This document shows, piece after piece, positions 19,822 to 29,731 of a DNA stretch of 32,000 nucleotides. A program made the position numbers and the translations under genes. This DNA comes from a cyanobacterium endosymbiont of Braarudosphaera bigelowii (GTDB lineage Bacteria; Cyanobacteriota; Cyanobacteriia; Cyanobacteriales; Microcystaceae), in NCBI RefSeq assembly GCF_020885515.1, contig NZ_AP024987.1, positions 330,001 through 362,000 of the forward strand, written 5' to 3'. The notes under the pieces were generated by a model that saw only the letters and a program-made list of their open reading frames with translations, ran no database searches and was not told where the DNA came from. How positions within the stretch are numbered: position 1 is the first letter of the stretch; every line of letters starts with the position of its first letter.

Positions 19822-20973
19822 TTAAATGAAATTTTGCTTCAAGCCAGACAAAATAATGTTTTTGTCTATTTTACTTAGTCCTTTTCCTTGAATTAACACT
19901 TTAAAGCGACCTAATCCTCTAGGATCTATTAATTGATGAAGGCTGTCCCTTCTAGCTAAGACATCTGACAAGGAATATTTATTAGAAGATAAATCAGCTA
20001 AACGTTCACCTAATCCTAAACTAATCAAAAATAATTCTTGTTGAGTTAACCCAAGTATTTCTAATCCTAATAAATTACCCTGTACTTCCATAGCTGAAAA
20101 ATCTACATGAGCAGTTATGTCTTGATATCCAAGATTAACATAAGGGTTACAATGATATCGATGTTGGTAATAGCAACTTAAAGTACCTTGATATCGTTGA
20201 GGATGATAGTATTTGGAAGCGATGTAACCATAATCAATTGTGATTAAATATCCTTTTTTAATCTTATTTGATACAGTCTTTAACCAATCTAAAGCTTTTA
20301 AATTAACTTCTGTTCTGTAGTTTTCTGGATAATATTGAGTAGTTAAATCTATATTAATTAACTGGAAATAATCTAACAGTTTAGGAGTTGATAATTCTTG
20401 GATGACTTCTTGGATGTTATTGTCTTTGACACTAATATAAACTTCTTTTAGTTCATTATTTTGAACTATAACTTGATGTACTGGAAATGCATCTATTAAT
20501 TCATTACTAAAAATACATCCAATTACTGAGTTATTAGAAATATCTTCCCAAGAACTCCATGTTATTTTATTAATGTGTTTTAAATAATTTTTTTGTTCTT
20601 TAATTAATGCTTCAGATTCTTCAATAATAATATAGTCAAGATTCTGGTAGAATTTAGGATATTTTTTTTCCAAATATGTGAGTATATCAGAAGCTAAAAT
20701 AGCGTGGCCTGCACCCACTTCAATCAAAGTAAAATTGTTAGGATAGCCTAAGATATCAGCCATCTCTTTAAACTGTTCTGCCAATAACTCTCCGAAATCC
20801 TGGCCTAATGAAGATGATGTGAAGAAATCTCCTTTAGGTCCAATATTTACCTTTCCGGAACCATAGTATCCCTGGTGTGGATCATATAGAACTAGGTTCA
20901 TATAGTCGGAAAAAGTGATACGTTTATGAATAGTTGATTGGACCTTATCACTAATAGTTTCTAATATACTCAT
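19822..20973 (-). CDS. SAM-dependent methyltransferase of the MidA/NDUFAF7 (DUF185) family
   Basis: 383 aa. RITFSDYMNLVLYDPHQGYYGSGKVNIGPKGDFFTSSSLGQDFGELLAEQ, LIEVGAGHAILASDIL, GCIFSNELIDAFPVHQV, GYLITIDYGYIASKYY. Confidence 0.9.
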   Translation of the reverse strand: MSILETISDKVQSTIHKRITFSDYMNLVLYDPHQGYYGSGKVNIGPKGDFFTSSSLGQDFGELLAEQFKEMADILGYPNNFTLIEVGAGHAILASDILTYLEKKYPKFYQNLDYIIIEESEALIKEQKNYLKHINKITWSSWEDISNNSVIGCIFSNELIDAFPVHQVIVQNNELKEVYISVKDNNIQEVIQELSTPKLLDYFQLINIDLTTQYYPENYRTEVNLKALDWLKTVSNKIKKGYLITIDYGYIASKYYHPQRYQGTLSCYYQHRYHCNPYVNLGYQDITAHVDFSAMEVQGNLLGLEILGLTQQELFLISLGLGERLADLSSNKYSLSDVLARRDSLHQLIDPRGLGRFKVLIQGKGLSKIDKNIILSGLKQNFI

Positions 20974-21285
20974 TATATTCTTAAAATTACGAAAAAATAT
21001 TATTCTTTATAGTTAATAGCATCATTAGGATCTTAGTATTAAATAGCTGTCTAAATACTTAAGTTAAAATATATCTTTTTGAGGTTTACCGAGTGAGACA
21101 ATATACTTAGTTATGTTGAAACTTTGTATACTTTAATTTTCAACATAAATGATAGTTAAAATATATAAAGAATAATTAATTAATTTTAGGAAAGAATGAA
21201 TAGTATGATGCAATTCAATAGATAAGAGTTATAATTTATTTATCTTCTTTTTACAAAATTCTAAACTTAAAGTAGAAAAATTATT

Positions 21286-21495
21286 ATGTTTATCAAAAAA
21301 TTACAACCTATTTTAAAAGAATTTATTCAACAACCTTTTGCTTTTACTGGTGGTTTTGCTTCTGGTATACTTAGGTTAAAGATAACAGATGATCCTTTAA
21401 AAAGTTGGCTACAAAAACAAGGATTAAGCTCTTATCAGCATTACGATGATCTCGATAAAAAAAATGCAGGACCTCAAAATATATCAATTGACTAG
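21286..21495 (+). CDS. Conserved-type small hypothetical protein (69 aa)
   Basis: MFIKKLQPILKEFIQQPFAFTGGFASGILRLKITDDPLKSWLQKQG... has a plausible ATG and coding-like composition, and resembles small cyanobacterial hypotheticals. Family name not recalled with certainty. Confidence 0.65.
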   Translation: MFIKKLQPILKEFIQQPFAFTGGFASGILRLKITDDPLKSWLQKQGLSSYQHYDDLDKKNAGPQNISID

Positions 21496-21617
21496 TATTG
21501 ATATTGAGCTTTCTTTTTTATAATACACCATGTTAAAGTATGTACAAAGTTATATCCACTTTATATACTAAAATACAGTTCTTGCTACGTTGAAAGTATC
21601 ATTTATAGATTGTTTTA

Positions 21618-23045
21618 TCAATACTGTATCGCGGAAAATTTTGAAAAGTTAGTACAATGAAGCAAGAATCTTTTTGGAATTTTTATATAATTACCAAAAT
21701 GTAAATGCAAATAGGAGGCGTAAATATTATAATTGCACCATCCTTCGTCATAATTCTGGGCTTCCCCATACCAATTAGAAAGTTTAAGAGCAGGATAAGA
21801 AGGCCTGATTGTTAATCTAGAGCGATGAAACTCATGTCCCCAAAAAGTTTCACCATATTTCAATATAAATCCTGAACGGGAAGCAACTGCTTGTCTGTAT
21901 CCTAAAGCTAAACCATGTCCCATTGTTGCGACAGTTGGTAATATTCTTGCCATTGGCCAAGAATCTCCCTCTAAAGTAATAATGTTTTCACAGAGATACA
22001 TTAATCCTCCACACTCTGCATATATTGGCATACCATTAGAGGCAGCTAACCTTAAAGATTTTATAGATTTTCTATTATTGGATAGTAGTTGAGCAAACAT
22101 TTCTGGGAACCCCCCTCCTATATAAATTCCTGCAACATCTTTTGGTAAAATTTCATCTTTCACAGGACTCCAGTAAACTAATTCAGCTCCTAAACTCTTT
22201 AATAAATCCAAATTGTCAGCATAATAAAAATTAAATGCTTTATCATTCGCAACTGCTATTTTAAGATGGGAAGGCGAAGTAATAGGAAGCTCGCGACATA
22301 GCATATTAACTTTGAAACGCGAAGTTGTTATTTTTGATTTCTTAACTAAAAAATCCCAATTAAGACAATTTTGAGCTAGATAGGCTAGTTTATCAAAAAT
22401 TATTTCAAGATTAGTTAATTCATTAACAGGAATTAACCCTAAATGACGATCTGGGATTACTAAATCATCTTGATAATAAATACTTCCTAATATTAAAACA
22501 TCAATAGATTCTAAGGATGCTTTCAATAATGCTAAATGACGTTCACTTTTTACACGGTTGAGGATTACTCCTAAGATGTTTATATTAGAATTCAAAAAAC
22601 GGTAGCCATAGACAATTGCGGCTATTGATGCTGAAAGATGTCTACAATCAATAACAAGGACTATTGGTATATCTAGTAATAATGCAATATGAGCAGTACT
22701 GGAATAGTGCAGCGTAGATTTATTCTCTAGTTTTATATTACTATAATTAACTTGATTTAAAGGAATTCCATCAAATAAGCCCATAACTCCTTCTACTAAA
22801 CCATAATCAGCTTCTTGGCAATTCTTATCAAAACAATATTTAACATAATCTTCAGAAGTTATCAAAGGATCTAAGTTACGACAATATCTCCCAGTAATAT
22901 AAGTATGAAACATAGGATCTATATAGTCTGGGCCAACTTTGAAAGATTGAACTTTTGCTTTTTTTTGGCGCAAAAATGATAGTAAAGCAAGAGTTATTGT
23001 GGTTTTACCAGTTCCACTACGATCACCTGCAATTATTAAAGCCAC
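21618..23045 (-). CDS. cbiA: Cobyrinate a,c-diamide synthase (CbiA/CobB, class I GATase-like)
   Basis: 475 aa. N-terminal AGDRSGTGKTTITLALLSFLRQKKAKVQSFKVGPDYIDPMFHTYITGRYCRNLDP, EGVMGLFDG, and C-terminal PAYAECGGLMYL-like motif GMPIYAECGGLMYLCENI with GHEFHRS. Confidence 0.95.
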   Translation of the reverse strand: MALIIAGDRSGTGKTTITLALLSFLRQKKAKVQSFKVGPDYIDPMFHTYITGRYCRNLDPLITSEDYVKYCFDKNCQEADYGLVEGVMGLFDGIPLNQVNYSNIKLENKSTLHYSSTAHIALLLDIPIVLVIDCRHLSASIAAIVYGYRFLNSNINILGVILNRVKSERHLALLKASLESIDVLILGSIYYQDDLVIPDRHLGLIPVNELTNLEIIFDKLAYLAQNCLNWDFLVKKSKITTSRFKVNMLCRELPITSPSHLKIAVANDKAFNFYYADNLDLLKSLGAELVYWSPVKDEILPKDVAGIYIGGGFPEMFAQLLSNNRKSIKSLRLAASNGMPIYAECGGLMYLCENIITLEGDSWPMARILPTVATMGHGLALGYRQAVASRSGFILKYGETFWGHEFHRSRLTIRPSYPALKLSNWYGEAQNYDEGWCNYNIYASYLHLHFGNYIKIPKRFLLHCTNFSKFSAIQY

Positions 23046-23202
23046 TACATCTACCTATAATTCAAATAAAATTAACTTTTTTCTATTCCTCAATATCTTA
23101 TTTTTTGAATAATTTATAAGATAATGGAATTTATATTTCTGAGACTAATGAAAGTTATTCTATTATAATCTCTATCTATACATTGAGCTTTTAAGAAGTA
23201 TC

Positions 23203-23976
23203 TTATTGTTTTAAGCACTCGTAACAAAAACCGATAATATCAGATATCTGTTGTGTAGATTTAGGATAATTTATATTAGGACGTTGAATGATAATTAGAG
23301 AAATTCCAAGTGCTTTAGAAAGCCTTTTTTTAATATCCTCTCCACCTTGTTTTCCTGAAGCTTTTGTGACTACCATATCGATTTTCCATTGTTTACATAT
23401 AGCTTTTTCTAGTTCTAAATTTATAGGAGGACGTACACCAATAATATTTTCCTCTCTAAATCCTGCAGCCAAGGCTATTTTTAGAGAACTTAACCTAGGA
23501 AGGATTCGTGCAAACAACAAAGATTGTTGATGGCATGGATTAAACATGGGTAAAACTTTACAACCTACTGTAAGTAGAACTCTTTTCTTCGCTAAATATT
23601 CTTTTGTAATTAGAGTTTTAAAGCTATCCAAATAAATTACTTGTGAATCTAAAGGCAAGGAAGGTCTCTCATAACGCATGTACGGTATTGCATAAGATTG
23701 AGCAATATTAATCGCATATCGTGAAATGTTTTCAGCAAATGGATGTGATGCATCGATAATTCCTTTTACTTTTTCTTTACGACAAAAGTTCTGAATATCT
23801 TTTATACTTAGTTTACCTATACTTATACTAACATTTGGATCATCTTTGTAAAGATGAATAGCTTGTAAAGTAGTGACTGTAACTAAATAAGGAAAAAAGT
23901 TTTCAGCAATTACTTTTGCTATTTTGGCACTATCTCCTGTTCCTCCAATTAACCAAAGTTTTCCATTGTTTTTCAT
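23203..23976 (-). CDS. cobK: Precorrin-6A/cobalt-precorrin-6A reductase
   Basis: 257 aa. LWLIGGTGDSAKIAK, GIIDASHPFAENISRYAI, PYMRYERPSL, KRVLLTVGCKVL, RILPRL, DMVVTKASGKQGGEDIKK. Confidence 0.92.
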   Translation of the reverse strand: MKNNGKLWLIGGTGDSAKIAKVIAENFFPYLVTVTTLQAIHLYKDDPNVSISIGKLSIKDIQNFCRKEKVKGIIDASHPFAENISRYAINIAQSYAIPYMRYERPSLPLDSQVIYLDSFKTLITKEYLAKKRVLLTVGCKVLPMFNPCHQQSLLFARILPRLSSLKIALAAGFREENIIGVRPPINLELEKAICKQWKIDMVVTKASGKQGGEDIKKRLSKALGISLIIIQRPNINYPKSTQQISDIIGFCYECLKQ

Positions 23977-24613
23977 AGATCAAGTGAAGAATATCATACT
24001 CTCAAAGCAATTAATGTTATTGTAAGAGTAAGGTTGCTAATTAGTAAATATATCTAAAATAGATATAACAAAGGTATTAATACTAGTACATTTATTCAGA
24101 AAGTGTTAAGGGTAAATCTATAAGAGAAATACTGAGTAAGCAATATCAATTACAGTAAGTTTCTCTTATAGTTTTTGACTATTATCTCTGTTCTATATCA
24201 GAGTTAGTACTTTAAATGTAATTGCGATACCATAAACGTATTCAAGTATTCTTTCAAGATTGTTGAAAATAGAAAAGCAGAGAGGTGTAAACGAGATTTA
24301 AGACTATTTGTAATAATTGTTGTAATAGAATAATTATTTAGATTAATAAAATAGCTGATCAAATATTAAAAATCTAAAATTTGCTTATATTTTTATTGGC
24401 AAAGAAATAGTATCATCAAACGATGTGGCTGAGATAACTACAATATTTAAAATTATTCAAAAAAATATTATTCAAGCAACTATAAATTTGTATAAAGTTA
24501 TAAAAGATTTAAGATTATTTAAGTTTTAATTTTTTGTGAGCAAATTTTAAAAAGAGCCGTTATGATTACAAGCATAAAATGTTAAGTTGTTCAAAATCAC
24601 AGTAAATCTATCA

Positions 24614-25015
24614 ATGATTAATCTCTTTAAATTTTTCCTTACTTTCAATGTTATTTTGTATTTATCAGGCATTTCTTCTGTTTATGCTCAATCTATCAGG
24701 GAATACAAGAAAATAAATTTAAAACAGTTCAAAGAGTGTATGAAACCTCCCAAGTCCAATGGTTCTGAGCAAGGATGGGCAGATTATTATGGAGAAAATA
24801 ATGGAAAGATAGAATTAAAAGTAAAAAATCAACCGATGATTTCTGATGGTACTGTTGCTGCTACATTAAACTACAAATTTGAACCATTAAAGGAAATCTT
24901 AACTTTAGAGATATTAGAAAAAACTAAATTTATGTTCGGTATGGTTGAGGCTTCAGATAAGCAAATTTGGGAAGGTTTTGATGGCTTAGTAGAGGAATGT
25001 CAAAAACACAATTAA
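24614..25015 (+). CDS. Small secreted protein of unknown function
   Basis: MINLFKFFLTFNVILYLSGISSVYAQ is a convincing signal peptide, followed by a polar mature domain with two Cys (FKECMKPP, VEECQKH). The track start 24587 is a TTG; ATG 24614 better fits a signal peptide. Confidence 0.65.
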   Translation: MINLFKFFLTFNVILYLSGISSVYAQSIREYKKINLKQFKECMKPPKSNGSEQGWADYYGENNGKIELKVKNQPMISDGTVAATLNYKFEPLKEILTLEILEKTKFMFGMVEASDKQIWEGFDGLVEECQKHN

Positions 25016-25047
25016 AAAAATTTAAGCATACTACTGTTCATAATACT

Positions 25048-25947
25048 TTATATTTTTTTTACTTTACAGATTCTATAGGCGCACCACTGTTCTTTTTGGG
25101 AATAATTGGTTACCGTCCATCCATATTTTTCTAAAATATTGATAACGTTTTCTGATTGATCTAATAAAATTCCACTCAGAATCATCCATGTATTAGGTTT
25201 TGCTAACTTAGAAAGTTTTGGAAATTTATGAATCATTGTCTCAGCTAAAATATTGCAAATAATTCCGTCAAATTTATTAGGCATTGATTTTGATAGTTGA
25301 TCAATACTCTGTTGATAAATTGTCAAAACATTTGGGTTAATTTTATTAAGACATTGATTATTCAATGCTACATCAACTGCTAAATAATCAACATCAATAG
25401 CATGTACTTTGTTTGCCCCTAATAAAGCAGCAGCGATCGCAAGAATGCCTGAACCTGTCCCAATATCTAAAATAGAGATATTTTTTAACTGATTAACCAA
25501 GCACATTTCTAAAAAATTTAAAGATAATTGTGTAGTAGGATGGGTCCCTGTCCCAAAAACTGTTCCTGGATCAAGCCGTAAAACTATTTTTTTTGTATTT
25601 TTGGAGATAGTTAGCCAAGCAGGATAAACAAGAAAATGTTGACCTATCTCTGTAGGTTGCCAATATTTTTTCCATCTATTGTTCCAATCTTCATCATTAA
25701 TTAATTTCCAGGAAGCAAGTGGTTTAGGCAGACATAAATTTAATGCGTCTTGATGAAACCAAAAGAATAAAGTAGAAATTTCTAAAGATTGATATTTTAA
25801 TTTAGGAATATAGGTTTGAATAGTATAAAATTTTCCTCTAACCTCTCTTGAGGTACCTAGGCATCCAAACTGATCTAGACGCCAACATATTAAATCTTCT
25901 AAATTAGGATGACATAAAATTGTAATTTCCCACCAACTAGTTGACAT
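25048..25947 (-). CDS. prmA: Ribosomal protein L11 methyltransferase
   Basis: 299 aa. LRLDPGTVFGTGTHPTTQLSLNFLE, SILDIGTGSGILAIAAALLGANKVHAIDVDYLAVD, GIICNILAETMIHKFPKLSKL, LSGILLDQSENV. Confidence 0.95.
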   Translation of the reverse strand: MSTSWWEITILCHPNLEDLICWRLDQFGCLGTSREVRGKFYTIQTYIPKLKYQSLEISTLFFWFHQDALNLCLPKPLASWKLINDEDWNNRWKKYWQPTEIGQHFLVYPAWLTISKNTKKIVLRLDPGTVFGTGTHPTTQLSLNFLEMCLVNQLKNISILDIGTGSGILAIAAALLGANKVHAIDVDYLAVDVALNNQCLNKINPNVLTIYQQSIDQLSKSMPNKFDGIICNILAETMIHKFPKLSKLAKPNTWMILSGILLDQSENVINILEKYGWTVTNYSQKEQWCAYRICKVKKI

Positions 25948-26023
25948 AAAATTAAAATAGCTATGATCATTGATAAAAAATCCAGCAAATATTTTTACTA
26001 AATTTATAAAATTAAAACAGTAC

Positions 26024-27601
26024 TCAAAGTTTAACTGTGTAAGCGTCTCGAATACCCTTAACTTTCATGATCTCTAATAATAAACCGTCAGGCAAAGGAT
26101 CGTCTAGGCTAATAGCCATAACTGCATCTCCTCGTACAATTCTACGTCCTACCTGCATACTAGCTATGTTAACGTTAAAATCGCCTAATAATGAGCCAAT
26201 TTTTCCAATTATTCCTGGCATATCACGATGAACAGTGAATAACATATAATTACTAGGAAGTACATTAATAGGGAAGAAATCCATATCAGTAATACGAATT
26301 TCTCCATCACTTAACAATGTTCCTGTCACTGAATGTTCTCCTAAAGAGCCCTGAACAGAAAGATGTAAAGAAGCAGCATAATCACATATTGAAGCATCAC
26401 GAGTTTCTATAACACGAATTCCTCTTTCTTTAGCTTCAATAGCAGCATTAACATAATTTACACGCTCCCTTAGAGCGTGAGAAAGAAGCCCTTTGATTGA
26501 TGCAACCACTATAGGTTGACTTTGCATAGTCGCTAACTCTCCCTGTAAACGGACCGTTAACCTTTCAATGCGTCCTCCTCCCAACTGTCCAGCTAAGTTG
26601 CCTAGTGTCTCAGCTAACTGTAGATAGGGACGCATTTTTTCTATTAGATCAGGAGCGAATCCTGGAATATTAATTGCAGATCTAGCTGGTAAACCAAGCA
26701 AAACATCACGAATTTGTTCAGCAACGTCAACTGCAACATTAATTTGAGCTTCAGCTGTAGATGCACCTAAGTGGGGAGTTAAAATAATATTATCTAAACT
26801 TGTAAGCTTAGAATTATCTAGTGGTTCTTTCTCAAATACGTCTAAGGCTGCTCCAGCAACTTTTCTTGTAATAATCGCTTCAGCTAAAGCATCTTCATCA
26901 ATTATTCCTCCTCTTGAACAATTGACAATACGAACTGTAGATTTCATCTTAGATAAAGCTTTTTTATTAATAATATGTGCTGTCTCAGGGGTTTTTGGAA
27001 TGTGTAAAGTAATATAATCAGATTCTGCAAAAAGCATATCAAGTTCAACTAAAACACATCCTAATTGTTCGGCTCTTTCATTAGAAATAAAAGGATCATA
27101 AGCTAGTAATTTCATACCCATGGATTTAGCAATATTTGCCACATGTGAACCAATTTTCCCAAGTCCAATAATTCCTAAAGTTTTTTTATATACTTCTGCA
27201 CCAACAAAAGATTTACGGTTCCATTTATTATCCTTTATAGACTGATTTGCTTGAGGAATATGTCGTGACAGGGACAACATCATTGCTAAAGTATGCTCTG
27301 CTGCTGCGATAGTGTTACCTTCTGGAGAATTTACTACTAAAACACCCTGCCGAGTGGCAGAAGCAATATCAATGTTATCTACTCCAACACCTGCTCTCCC
27401 AATTATCTTTAGTTGATTGCCTGCAGTAATAACTTCTTTTGTTACATAGGTACTTGAGCGTACCATTAAAGCACTATATTCAGGAATAATTTTAATTAAT
27501 TCATCTAATGTTAATCCTATTTTTATATCTACTTGGGCTACTTGGGAGAGAATATCGATACCGGTTTGATCAATAAGATCTGAAACAAGAACTTTTGCCA
27601 T
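26024..27601 (-). CDS. serA: D-3-phosphoglycerate dehydrogenase with C-terminal ACT domain
   Basis: 525 aa. GRAGVGVDNIDIASATRQGVLVVNSPEGNTIAAAEHT, LGIIGLGKIGSHVA, NCSRGGIIDEDAL, LDVFEKEPL, C-terminal HRDMPGIIGKIGSLLGDFNVNIASMQVGRRIVRGDAVMAISLD. Confidence 0.98.
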   Translation of the reverse strand: MAKVLVSDLIDQTGIDILSQVAQVDIKIGLTLDELIKIIPEYSALMVRSSTYVTKEVITAGNQLKIIGRAGVGVDNIDIASATRQGVLVVNSPEGNTIAAAEHTLAMMLSLSRHIPQANQSIKDNKWNRKSFVGAEVYKKTLGIIGLGKIGSHVANIAKSMGMKLLAYDPFISNERAEQLGCVLVELDMLFAESDYITLHIPKTPETAHIINKKALSKMKSTVRIVNCSRGGIIDEDALAEAIITRKVAGAALDVFEKEPLDNSKLTSLDNIILTPHLGASTAEAQINVAVDVAEQIRDVLLGLPARSAINIPGFAPDLIEKMRPYLQLAETLGNLAGQLGGGRIERLTVRLQGELATMQSQPIVVASIKGLLSHALRERVNYVNAAIEAKERGIRVIETRDASICDYAASLHLSVQGSLGEHSVTGTLLSDGEIRITDMDFFPINVLPSNYMLFTVHRDMPGIIGKIGSLLGDFNVNIASMQVGRRIVRGDAVMAISLDDPLPDGLLLEIMKVKGIRDAYTVKL

Positions 27602-28151
27602 AGAGGTTCCTCTTCTTAGAGCTAATAGTTTATTTGCTCAATTTCATGATTTTAGTCAATTATTGTAACTGCTAATAGAGTATTTGTTGGCTAATTAATT
27701 AGGGTTTTCATTATTTTATTCAAAGCTTTTATTCTTAAATTAATCAAAGAAAAATTATAGAAGACTTAAATTTTTAAAATATTTTGACTAAATATCCATT
27801 TATTTTAATAAAGTTGTATAAGATAAGGTTTGTAGAACTCAATTATCAAAATTTTAGAGATTTCTACCAACTTTTTAGAATTAATCTCAATATATCTTAG
27901 TAGCATAACTACTATGATATTACAAAAAACTATATAGTATATAAAATACATAAAAAGTTTTAAAAATTTTAATAGTAAATATTCTGATTAAAAAATTAAT
28001 ATGCGTGATAGTATTTTATTCATTAATACTTACTTTAAAAATATATAATTACCTGATAAGTATGAGTAAAGTAATTTACCAAAAAGCTACTATTGTAAAT
28101 GACAAATCTTTTTTTGATCATTAATGTAAATATAGAGGTTAAATAAAGACT

Positions 28152-28820
28152 ATGAACATCCCAGATATTATGGCAAAGGGTGGAATTGCCATGTGGCCTT
28201 TACTTTTTTTATCAATATTGGCCTTAAGTACAATTATTGAACGTTCATTTTTTTGGATCAGATTCTTGTCTAAAGAAAAGCAAATTATTAAGATTATTCT
28301 TAAAACTGCTTCTTATGATTGGGATGCTGTTTCAAAAATTGCTCAAAACTATAGCAAGTATCCTATTGGTAATTTTCTTTATATTTCTTTAAAGTTGGAC
28401 AATCCAGATCCTGAAGTTTTTCATTTAGCTATGGAATCGTCAGCAGATGATGAACTAACATTAATGAGACAGGGCGATAAAGTTTTAGAAGGAATTATAG
28501 CTTTATCTCCTTTACTAGGACTTTTAGGAACTGTTTTAGGATTAATTAGTTCTTTAGGGAACATACAAATTAGTGACCTGGGGACTTCTTCTGCAAGAGG
28601 TGTAACTCTTGGAATTGGTGAAGCATTAATTTCGACTGCTACTGGATTAATTATTGCCATTACTAGCCTAACTTTTTATCGAATTTTTCAATCGCTTTGG
28701 TTTAATCAAGTTCGAGTTTTCAGAAAAATAGGTAGTGAATTGGAATTAATTTATCAGCAACATTGGCTCAAAATTAATTCTAGTAATTCTAAAAACTTAC
28801 ATGAGACTTGCAACGAATAA
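28152..28820 (+). CDS. exbB: MotA/TolQ/ExbB proton channel family protein
   Basis: 222 aa. [26 protein letters not shown] and [21 protein letters not shown]...[35 protein letters not shown]. Confidence 0.93.
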   Translation: MNIPDIMAKGGIAMWPLLFLSILALSTIIERSFFWIRFLSKEKQIIKIILKTASYDWDAVSKIAQNYSKYPIGNFLYISLKLDNPDPEVFHLAMESSADDELTLMRQGDKVLEGIIALSPLLGLLGTVLGLISSLGNIQISDLGTSSARGVTLGIGEALISTATGLIIAITSLTFYRIFQSLWFNQVRVFRKIGSELELIYQQHWLKINSSNSKNLHETCNE

Positions 28821-28853
28821 TTAATTTGTGTACTTATTTTTCAATAGAAATCT

Positions 28854-29378
28854 ATGTCAAACAACAAAAACTCCCGAACTAAAAAATATAATAGTCTAAT
28901 TAGCTCTCATTCATTAAAATCCAAACTATTTTCTTCTCAGGAACAAGAAGTTCGGATCGATATGTTACCAATGATAGATGTGATTTTTTGTATTTTAACT
29001 TTTTTTATTTTAGGTATAGTTGGACTTTCTCGACAGCAGTCCATCAATCTAGATTTACCTCAAGCTAGTTCAGCTAAACCTCAAATACAAAAAACAATGA
29101 TAGTTAGCTTGAATAATTCCAATCAACTGTATGTCGACGAAAGGTTAATTACACATAATCAACTATTTGATTCTATTAAAACTTATCGGGAATTTAATCC
29201 TAAAGGATTAGTAGTTCTTCGGGCATCTAAACAATCAAGTTATAATGAAGTTGTACAAGTTTTAGATATTTTAAAAGAAGTAGGAGAAGAGAATGTCGCT
29301 TTAGCTACTTCTTTCAAAGAAAAAGAAATATTGATGAATAAAGATGAATCTTTGCTGAATTCTAATTTTTCCAAATAA
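28854..29378 (+). CDS. exbD: ExbD/TolR biopolymer transport family protein
   Basis: 174 aa. VRIDMLPMIDVIFCILTFFILGIVGLSRQQSINLDLPQA... and VVLRASKQSSYNEVVQVLDILKEVG. Starts 33 nt after exbB. Confidence 0.92.
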   Translation: MSNNKNSRTKKYNSLISSHSLKSKLFSSQEQEVRIDMLPMIDVIFCILTFFILGIVGLSRQQSINLDLPQASSAKPQIQKTMIVSLNNSNQLYVDERLITHNQLFDSIKTYREFNPKGLVVLRASKQSSYNEVVQVLDILKEVGEENVALATSFKEKEILMNKDESLLNSNFSK

Positions 29379-29731
29379 AGAAAAAATATGTAAGAGAAAG
29401 CCTTTTAATTCTTTTTTTATTAGGCGTTCGATTTAATTGTTTAATACTTTATAAGTAAATCATGTCTAAGGCTTTTAGTCATGTGAGAGAATATTAAATG
29501 AAAATTAAACCCTATTTAGTAAAGCTTTAATTATTCACTATAATTGTGGTTAGAAAAATTTAATAAGATTAATACAACTTTTAAGTCGAAATTTTTGATA
29601 ATATTTTATCTATAGTAACCTCTACTACTACACATTATTTGATAGATAAAACCTAGAATTATTCACGCTCAATAATTTTAGACTTTTGATCAAATTAAGA
29701 ATGTAGTTTTTTTTCTGAATAAAAAACTTTT

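Noticed and set aside
23288-23530. 80-aa plus-strand ORF within cobK
   Set aside because: Antisense to conserved CobK motifs.
24457-24480. ATTATTCAA-type direct repeat in the spacer before the small secreted protein
   Set aside because: Only two 9-nt AT-rich copies, expected by chance in this composition.
28421-28660. 79-aa minus-strand ORF within exbB
   Set aside because: Antisense shadow of the conserved ExbB channel segment.
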